Assembly: GCA_050949045.1 (NCBI GenBank)
Contig: JBMNEZ010000001.1
Span: forward strand, 384,001 to 448,000
DNA from: Candidatus Izemoplasmatales bacterium
GTDB taxonomy: Bacteria; Bacillota_I; Bacilli_A; Izemoplasmatales; Hujiaoplasmataceae
Length of the DNA: 64,000 nucleotides
Direction of reading: 5' to 3'
How positions within the stretch are numbered: the stretch's first letter is position 1; every line of letters begins with the position of its first letter. A model generated the notes under the pieces. That model saw only the letters and a program-made list of their open reading frames with translations. It had not been told where the DNA came from and searched no databases. The translations under genes and the position numbers were made by a program. Shown one piece after another: positions 48,584 to 55,241 of the stretch.

Positions 48584-51057
48584 ACATCAAAAAGGCTTTG
48601 GCCTGTTTTCTCGTCGTGACGCTGTCACTCTTGACGGTGGCCTTTCTTGCGAAAGAAACGACCATCAAGGCAACAGGGGGACAACAAACAGCTGAAAGCG
48701 TGGAATTGACCCTCGTGAGCTACTTTGACCAGGAAAACACGATCACATCCGTGTTTGAGATTCCCGAGGAGGGAACGCGGTGGTTTGATGAGTCGACAGA
48801 CAAGCTCCATGTCTATACTTCTGGAGCCTGGGACGCGGGAACAGCTGTCCCCGTTGTCGCCCCTGAGATGCCATCAACCGGCGACATGTGGTTTGACGAG
48901 GCAAAGAACACGCTCTACACTTACCTGGCTGAAGGTTGGGATGCCGGCGAGGTACTGCCGACCGCGGAACCCGATCTCAAGTATGGACAGAAACTGTCGT
49001 TAAACAGCAGTTTGGCATCAATGCCGGGATATTCATTTCTCTTTTGGGAAGTGAACGGATCGATTCGTCATGATTATGCTATCGATCACGTGTTCACTCT
49101 AACCAAAACAAATGTCATCAAGGCTGTTTTCAGCCCTTCTGACAGGCACGCGGTGGTTTTTGTGGATGCCAACAGTGAGATCCTTAAAGTCGAGTATGTC
49201 GCAGATAACGGAACTGCCACCCCGCCGGAGACCCTACCATCAAAACCGGGATATTCAACCAACGGGTGGGATGTCAGTTATGAAAATGTCACCGATGATG
49301 TCGTGACGGTGTTGCAGTATACTGCCACAGACACGACTGAGTATCTGGTTACGGTCGAAAACGGCACCGGCGATGGCAGTTATGCTTATAACACTGTTGC
49401 GACCGTTACTGCGGACGTCCCTTCACAAGGAAATTATTTTCATCATTGGTCGGTCGGCGACGAGATCGTCAGTTATCAATCGACTTACAAGTTTTCTGTC
49501 TATGGTGCGACAACGATAACCGCAGTTTATGAGGGTTCAGCGCCTTCCGACAATCCCTACGTGGTGCTCGGGGATGATCTGGCGATCAGATCCGGCTCAA
49601 AAACCTATGTCGGTCAGTTCTATGTTCCAACCGGCTACACATTGATCGAATACGGGATCTTGACATCGATCAGCGAAGCGGAAATCAATCTCGACACCAT
49701 TAGGACAACAAGGTATCCTGGCTATAAGTACAATGCGGCCACCAAAGAATTCGTGATGAGTTTTGAAGAAAACGAAATCACCGCCGCCAGGGCTTATTTG
49801 ATTTGTAGTGATTCGGAAGATGCTATCCACACTTATTACAGCGGCCATAGATACTCGTCTTCCATCTATCAAGTCAAGAATGGCGGATTTGAGTTTGAAG
49901 ACGGCGCCATAACCGGTAGTCTCGATGGCTGGTATGGATACAACATTTGGAAGAACGAAAAGGGAATGCAATCATTCCTTCGTTGGGACGATGGGAATGG
50001 AAAATTTGTCAATCTTGATGACCGCGTCGTGAACACAACGTATTTTGACAATCATCCTTATAACAGAGATGGCAGTTACAATCTCGGGATCACATGGCCG
50101 GGAGGCAGTTGGGATCAAACATCAGAAAGAATGGGACATCTCCGTTCATCTAATTTCACGCTTGGCGGAAGCGGATGGATCAGTTTCAAACTCGGGGGAG
50201 GCAAGTCTAGCTCTTTCGCTTTCGTATCCGTTAGAAGAGCTTCGGATAACTATGAGGTCGCCCGTTTTGGAAACAAGAACTACAACAATACTGCAATCGC
50301 GTCGGCACAATACGGTTCGGCCATAACCAATGCGGAAGCATTCTTATTCCAATACTACTATGACTTAAGCGAATATTTGGGCACAGAATTGTATTTCCTC
50401 ATCACAGAATCATCATCAAAAGAATGGTGTATTCTCTCAGCCGACTCATTCGTGACCTACTATCCAATAGCGCCCTCAACTGATTCGGATACCTTAGCCA
50501 CAAATATCCTGCCAACGATTTACAATGCCGGATCCTCAACGAACCAGTTGGCAAACAACCTTAATGGCAATGTTAATAATTGGGGGAACCCAAATAATGT
50601 GTTCCGTTGGGATGATGGGGCAGGAAGAACTAATGCTATTAGTGGAGATAACGATTTGGGAGTCGCCCGTTCATCAGCGTTTAATATCAATGGGCCCAAC
50701 ACCTATCTATGGTGGCAGTGGGAAGGCAATATCAGTCAAGACAAACAATTGTTCATATCCATCAAAGAGGTCGGGACAAACATTGAAGTTTTGCGATTGG
50801 TAAGAAGAGACAACTTGTCAGGAAAAACAGGTGGTGGATTTGACAATCACTGGTTTGATCTCAGCGGGCTTGATGCCGGCAAGGAGTACTATGTTGAACT
50901 ATGTGACAATTTGACCATTGGTTGGGGCTTGATCAGTATCAAAGATATTTATCTGGCACAGAATAATCAAAGCGACAAGGTTGGGTCGGCTCAACCAAAT
51001 GACGTGGCGGTTTCAATCTCAGGAATTGAAACCGAGTTTGCTTACGAGGAACCTTGA
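48577..51057 (+). CDS. Secreted protein, scaffold family member 1 (B-repeat-like N-terminal scaffold plus tandem NxGFE.G module)
   Basis: Signal peptide. N-terminal region is homologous to the 55242 and 57825 proteins; C-terminal region is homologous to the module in the 35652 protein. Confidence 0.85.
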   Translation: MVNIKKALACFLVVTLSLLTVAFLAKETTIKATGGQQTAESVELTLVSYFDQENTITSVFEIPEEGTRWFDESTDKLHVYTSGAWDAGTAVPVVAPEMPSTGDMWFDEAKNTLYTYLAEGWDAGEVLPTAEPDLKYGQKLSLNSSLASMPGYSFLFWEVNGSIRHDYAIDHVFTLTKTNVIKAVFSPSDRHAVVFVDANSEILKVEYVADNGTATPPETLPSKPGYSTNGWDVSYENVTDDVVTVLQYTATDTTEYLVTVENGTGDGSYAYNTVATVTADVPSQGNYFHHWSVGDEIVSYQSTYKFSVYGATTITAVYEGSAPSDNPYVVLGDDLAIRSGSKTYVGQFYVPTGYTLIEYGILTSISEAEINLDTIRTTRYPGYKYNAATKEFVMSFEENEITAARAYLICSDSEDAIHTYYSGHRYSSSIYQVKNGGFEFEDGAITGSLDGWYGYNIWKNEKGMQSFLRWDDGNGKFVNLDDRVVNTTYFDNHPYNRDGSYNLGITWPGGSWDQTSERMGHLRSSNFTLGGSGWISFKLGGGKSSSFAFVSVRRASDNYEVARFGNKNYNNTAIASAQYGSAITNAEAFLFQYYYDLSEYLGTELYFLITESSSKEWCILSADSFVTYYPIAPSTDSDTLATNILPTIYNAGSSTNQLANNLNGNVNNWGNPNNVFRWDDGAGRTNAISGDNDLGVARSSAFNINGPNTYLWWQWEGNISQDKQLFISIKEVGTNIEVLRLVRRDNLSGKTGGGFDNHWFDLSGLDAGKEYYVELCDNLTIGWGLISIKDIYLAQNNQSDKVGSAQPNDVAVSISGIETEFAYEEP
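48757..48972 (+). repeat. Two tandem 108-nt (36-aa) intragenic repeats, E.P..G..WFDE....L..Y....WDAG...P
   Basis: Units at 48757-48864 and 48865-48972; absent from the two paralogs. Confidence 0.8.
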
Positions 51058-51079
51058 TTTTTTTACTTGCCGTGATTCA

Positions 51080-51112
51080 AAACCCCCGATGACACGCCGT
51101 TGTCGGGGGTTT
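51080..51112 (+). terminator. Stem-loop, probable intrinsic terminator
   Basis: AAACCCCCGATGAC-acgcc-GTTGTCGGGGGTTT just after the stop at 51057; short U tract. Confidence 0.65.
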
Positions 51113-51162
51113 CATAATGGTTGAGGGAAATTCAAGCAAATGATGCTAGCTCAGATGTTTTA

Positions 51163-51171
51163 TGATAAAAT
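51163..51171 (+). promoter_or_regulatory. Extended -10 element upstream of the radical SAM gene
   Basis: TGaTAAAAT ending 8 nt before the GTG at 51180. Confidence 0.45.
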
Positions 51172-51179
51172 ACAAATAG

Positions 51180-52187
51180 GTGATCTCATTGACTGACTAT
51201 CAAGGCTTAAAATCTAAAATCATCAGACTGGGAGCGCTTCAAAGAGTCCCGGTTCTTGGCGAGTTTGAACTGACCTCGAAATGTAATTTCGCCTGTCCCA
51301 TGTGTTATGTCAAAGACAATAAGCCAAAAAGCGAGCTGGCCAAGGAAGAGTGGATCTCGATCTTTGAAGAAGCGGTTGTCGAAGGATTGGTCTACGCCCT
51401 TTTGACCGGAGGGGAGCCCCTCACAAGGAGCGACTTTGTGGAACTGTATGAGTTCCTCTATGACTATGGAGTCAAGATAACGGTTTATACAAACGGCTAT
51501 CATTTAACCAAAGAACAGCTTGAGGCCTTCACGAACAGGCCCCCGGAGATGGTTGCCATCACTCTTTACGGCGCAAGTGACGATACCTATAACATCGTGA
51601 CGGGCATCAAGGATGGCTATACAAAAGTAACAGAAAACATCCTCAAACTGAAAAAAAGCAAGATCAACATCGCCTGCCGGGTAATTCCGATTCCCGAGGT
51701 CTACGCCGATCTTGATGATATCTTGAAGTTTATCAAAGAAAATAACATTCCCCTAGGGTATTTCCTCTATCTAGCTCCGTCGAAGAAAAAGGATTACCAC
51801 GGAAGATTATCTCCCGAGCAATTAGTTGATTTCGAGCAGCGGCTTCTTACTTTCAAAGGAAAGCAAAAACCCTCCAAGGATTTTGATACTTTATCGAGTT
51901 GCGCCGCTCTTAAGAGCGGCTATGCGGTGAACCACCGAGGATATATGCAACCATGTACTTTGATGGCTCATCCAAGAAAGAAACTGGAACGCGGGACATT
52001 TCTCACAACCTTTCGGGAACTAAGTGATAAATGGCAGAATCTTGAGAAGTCCCATGACTGTGAGTCCTGTGATTTAAGCTCATCATGCATTCCCTGCCCC
52101 GCCAGAAGATATTATGAAGGCGATCCTCACAAGTGTGCTCCCTACCTCCTTGAAATCGCCAAGGAAAGGAAAAAACGAAATGACTGA
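51180..52187 (+). CDS. Radical SAM/SPASM-domain peptide maturase
   Basis: ELTSKCNFACPMCY (CxxxCxxC), TGGEP, YTNG; C-terminal CAA..G.MQPC..CESCDLSSSCIPCPA..C. Confidence 0.9.
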   Translation: MISLTDYQGLKSKIIRLGALQRVPVLGEFELTSKCNFACPMCYVKDNKPKSELAKEEWISIFEEAVVEGLVYALLTGGEPLTRSDFVELYEFLYDYGVKITVYTNGYHLTKEQLEAFTNRPPEMVAITLYGASDDTYNIVTGIKDGYTKVTENILKLKKSKINIACRVIPIPEVYADLDDILKFIKENNIPLGYFLYLAPSKKKDYHGRLSPEQLVDFEQRLLTFKGKQKPSKDFDTLSSCAALKSGYAVNHRGYMQPCTLMAHPRKKLERGTFLTTFRELSDKWQNLEKSHDCESCDLSSSCIPCPARRYYEGDPHKCAPYLLEIAKERKKRND

Positions 52188-53031
52188 CACCTATAAGATC
52201 GGTAATGTTTGTCTTAGATTTAAGTATATCTACGACAAATATTTTGCATCGAGGATACGTTCATACAAAAGCGATGAATCACCTGAATATCAAATGCGGG
52301 TTGTTATTAAGAAAGATTTGATGTTTCCCGAAGGAAAACCGAAATATAGATTTCAAGACCGTCAGATTTATGAAGATGGACAAAAAGGAGTCATTGTCAA
52401 ACATGATGACAAAAACAATATTACCCACCTAATCACCTATTCGCTCGATTTCAAGGATATTCTAATCGAGCTGTCGGAGTCATTGGGATCAAGATTGGCC
52501 GAAGTGGAATACAAAATCAGCGGAATGATGTTTTTCGAGATTGCGATCAGGAATGGTTTGATCCCGATTCACGCCTCAGCTATCGGCTACCAAGACGAAG
52601 CTATCCTTTTCTGTGGTTCCTCCGGAACCGGCAAATCGACTCAGGCGGAGCTTTGGAAACAAAATCTTGACGAGGTGATCTTCATCAACGACGACAAGCC
52701 TTTGCTTTATGAGGCCGGCGACGGACTCTATGTCACTGGCTCGCCTTGGTCGGGAAAGACATCAAGGAATGAAAACGTCAAAATGAAGGTGAAAGCGATC
52801 GTCTTCATCAAGCAAGCCCCCCACAACAATCTCATTTCTCTCACTGTCTATGACAAGATAACCAACTTCTTAAGAAACATCTATCGACCGAGGGAAGAGG
52901 CCAAGATCGAGAATGTGCTGGAACTGATCGAAAAGATGATCTCTGATCTTCCGGTTTACAAATATTATTGCACAAAAGAGAATGATTCTTTCGAATACTT
53001 GTATCAGGCACTTTATAGAAGGGATTACTGA
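52180..53031 (+). CDS. HPr-kinase-related P-loop kinase
   Basis: IHASAI..AILFCGSSGTGKSTQA..W, INDDKP, GSPWSGK. ATG 52180 overlaps the end of the rSAM gene. Confidence 0.8.
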   Translation: MTDTYKIGNVCLRFKYIYDKYFASRIRSYKSDESPEYQMRVVIKKDLMFPEGKPKYRFQDRQIYEDGQKGVIVKHDDKNNITHLITYSLDFKDILIELSESLGSRLAEVEYKISGMMFFEIAIRNGLIPIHASAIGYQDEAILFCGSSGTGKSTQAELWKQNLDEVIFINDDKPLLYEAGDGLYVTGSPWSGKTSRNENVKMKVKAIVFIKQAPHNNLISLTVYDKITNFLRNIYRPREEAKIENVLELIEKMISDLPVYKYYCTKENDSFEYLYQALYRRDY

Positions 53032-53033
53032 AG

Positions 53034-53306
53034 ATGAAACTGAAAGCAAACTATGTTTTAAGAGAAGTCGCGGGCGAGAATATCGTCATCCCTGTCGACA
53101 GCGAGGCCATCAACTTCAACGGCATCATGACGCTCAATGAAACCGGTAAGTTTTTGTGGAACCAGTTGAAACAAGAGGTGTCGGTCGAAAGCTTGATTGC
53201 GTCCATCGTCGATAACTACGAAGTCGACAGAAACACCGCCGCCCAAGACGTGACGGCATTTATTGAAAAGCTTAGAAAACACAATGTTCTTGAAGATGGC
53301 AAGTAA
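53034..53306 (+). CDS. Stand-alone PqqD-family RiPP recognition element (RRE)
   Basis: 90 aa; LREVAGE..V, TLNETGKFLW..L, YEVD...A..DV..FIEKL....L. Confidence 0.9.
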   Translation: MKLKANYVLREVAGENIVIPVDSEAINFNGIMTLNETGKFLWNQLKQEVSVESLIASIVDNYEVDRNTAAQDVTAFIEKLRKHNVLEDGK

Positions 53307-53745
53307 GAAAGAGACAAAAAACGGCATCTTGCCGCTGATCGAGGAACAACTGCTTCTCGGCAAACAAGTGGCCTTTAAAGTCAAGGGAACAAGCATGTTC
53401 CCGTTTTTGCATTCGGGAAGAACCGAAGTCACGCTCCATAAGCCAACCGTCGAACCGAAAAAATACGACATCGTCCTTTTCAAAACAAAAGACCACTATG
53501 TTTTGCACCGGATCATCAAGCGTCGCCGCGATGTTTACATCGTCATGGGCGACGCTTTAAAGAAAAAAGATTATGTCAAGATCGACCAAATCATCGGTGT
53601 CGTCAAAGAGATCAAAGTCGATGGCAAACCGGTCGACATCCATGAGAAGAAATACAAGCGTAAAGTCAGATGCTGGGTCGCTTTCCGGGCCGCCAGGAGA
53701 TTCCTCCTCTACTACTTGAGGCGTTCACAGAAGGATATAAAATGA
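53296..53745 (+). CDS. S24/S26-family peptidase (Ser-His type, no N-terminal TM)
   Basis: VKGTSMFPFL, DIVLF, VLHRII, MGDA. ATG 53296 overlaps the end of the PqqD gene. Confidence 0.85.
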   Translation: MASKKETKNGILPLIEEQLLLGKQVAFKVKGTSMFPFLHSGRTEVTLHKPTVEPKKYDIVLFKTKDHYVLHRIIKRRRDVYIVMGDALKKKDYVKIDQIIGVVKEIKVDGKPVDIHEKKYKRKVRCWVAFRAARRFLLYYLRRSQKDIK

Positions 53746-54935
53746 GCATCCTCTACGATCAATTGATCTTTATCAGCAAATGCGCCCTGAACAACCTTGA
53801 ATACGAAGAGGCCATCGACAACATCAAAGAACTGTTTCGTCTTGCCCGGGAAAACGGCCTGTCGGGGCTCTTTTACGCCGTTTTGAAAAACAACCAGTCA
53901 GTCATTGATGAACAGCGATTGCTTCTCAAAGAGTACTATCTCTACCAAGCAAAAGACATAATTCAAAAGCAGGCGATTGCGGAGATCACCTCTTTTTTCA
54001 ACCATGCCCGGATCGATCATATCTATCTCAAGGGCTCGGCCATCAAGAAACACTATCTTGAGAGCTATATGCGCTCGATGGGCGATATCGATCTTATCAT
54101 TAAGCCGGAAGATTTAGAGCGTTCACGAATGATTTTAAAATCAGCCAACTATAAACTCGACATTGAAGGCTCGACTCATGACGTCTATTTCAAAGGCAGG
54201 GACATCATAGTTGAGGTCCATCCCGGAGTCGACCATCACCTTGATTCGGATCATTTAACCGCTTTGGGCGACGTCTTCGCCGACGGTCTTCCCATCAGCG
54301 GATGTTTATTCGAGTTATCTCCCGAAAAAGAACTTGTCTATCTTTTATCCCATCTCAAGAAGCACTTTCTTTCATCGGGTGTCGGCTTGCGTCAAGTCCT
54401 TGATATCGGCGTCTTTTTAGACAAGATGGAAGCCAAAATCGATAACGAAAAGTTATTTGACCTTCTCAAAACTGCTAATCTTACAAACTTTGCAAAGAAC
54501 ATGATCTCCTTCAATAAGCAAGCCTTCGGCTTCCGGATTGGAGAATTTATCCTGTCCGGATACCGGATGGCGGATGCTCTCTTTGAAGAAACCAAAGCAT
54601 ATGTCATCGGTTCTGGAGTCCATGGGACCGCTAGGGATTTCAATCGCAGTGTTCCGGTGCTTACGAAACATTCACTCAAGACCGGTAAGACTAGAGGCAG
54701 CAAGATTCGTTATTTGATCCGTATTCTTTTCCCCAAGCGGATCGATCTGATGTCAACTGAGAAGTATCTGAAAAAACATGGTTGGCTGTTGCCGTACGCC
54801 TGGATCAAAAGGTGGATCAGGCTTGTTTTCAAGAAAACAAGAAGAAGCATCGCCAAACTGAAAGCTTTGGATGCGGTTGACAAAGAAATGCTTCAGAGTA
54901 ATCTTGATCTATATCGTAAACTAGGTATTAACTAA
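53742..54935 (+). CDS. Nucleotidyltransferase-family protein (type found in lasso/HPr-kinase-related clusters)
   Basis: LKGSAI..Y..RSMGDIDLII, VEVH, HL.KH..GVGLRQVLDI. ATG 53742 overlaps the peptidase stop. Confidence 0.85.
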   Translation: MSILYDQLIFISKCALNNLEYEEAIDNIKELFRLARENGLSGLFYAVLKNNQSVIDEQRLLLKEYYLYQAKDIIQKQAIAEITSFFNHARIDHIYLKGSAIKKHYLESYMRSMGDIDLIIKPEDLERSRMILKSANYKLDIEGSTHDVYFKGRDIIVEVHPGVDHHLDSDHLTALGDVFADGLPISGCLFELSPEKELVYLLSHLKKHFLSSGVGLRQVLDIGVFLDKMEAKIDNEKLFDLLKTANLTNFAKNMISFNKQAFGFRIGEFILSGYRMADALFEETKAYVIGSGVHGTARDFNRSVPVLTKHSLKTGKTRGSKIRYLIRILFPKRIDLMSTEKYLKKHGWLLPYAWIKRWIRLVFKKTRRSIAKLKALDAVDKEMLQSNLDLYRKLGIN

Positions 54936-55100
54936 AGAATGCGCACGCATCGTATATAGTAAACAATAGGTGGTATTCCGAATATTATACATACAGATTT
55001 ATCATTAATTGTTTTATCAATATGGGCAATATGATAAAATATCTGTGGTATGCGCTTGATCGATACATAATATTTTTCTTGAAGGAGATGACGTTTAAAA

Positions 55101-55235
55101 ATGAAACAAGTCAATGACAAGAAATCGCAATATGTGAAGCCCGACATCGAAGTGATTGAATTCTCGCTTGAAGACAGCATCGCCACCAGCATGGATTTTG
55201 GCCCGTCGACAATCTGCGGCGAGCAAACGTTTTAG
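55101..55235 (+). CDS. RiPP-like precursor peptide 2, 44 aa: MKQVNDKKSQYVKPDIEVIEFSLEDSIATSMDFGPSTICGEQTF
   Basis: Translated by hand. GAAGGAG at 55081-87; YxxPxI motif; paralog of 48452. Its TAG overlaps the AGGAGGT RBS of the next gene. Confidence 0.9.
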   Translation: MKQVNDKKSQYVKPDIEVIEFSLEDSIATSMDFGPSTICGEQTF

Positions 55236-55241
55236 GAGGTA

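Noticed and set aside
48411..48668. Minus-strand 85-aa ORF and plus-strand ORF 48510..48695
   Set aside because: Shadows of precursor 1. The synonymous-change pattern supports the 48452 frame.
51180..53306. PQQ biosynthesis (pqqD/pqqE)
   Set aside because: No pqqB or pqqC, and the peptides lack the PqqA E-x-x-x-Y motif.
51180..54935. Classical lasso peptide cluster
   Set aside because: No asparagine-synthetase-like cyclase or transglutaminase-like B2 in the window, and the predicted core lacks Asp/Glu at positions 7-9.
54932..55192. Minus-strand 86-aa ORF
   Set aside because: Antisense shadow of precursor 2 with no recognisable motif.
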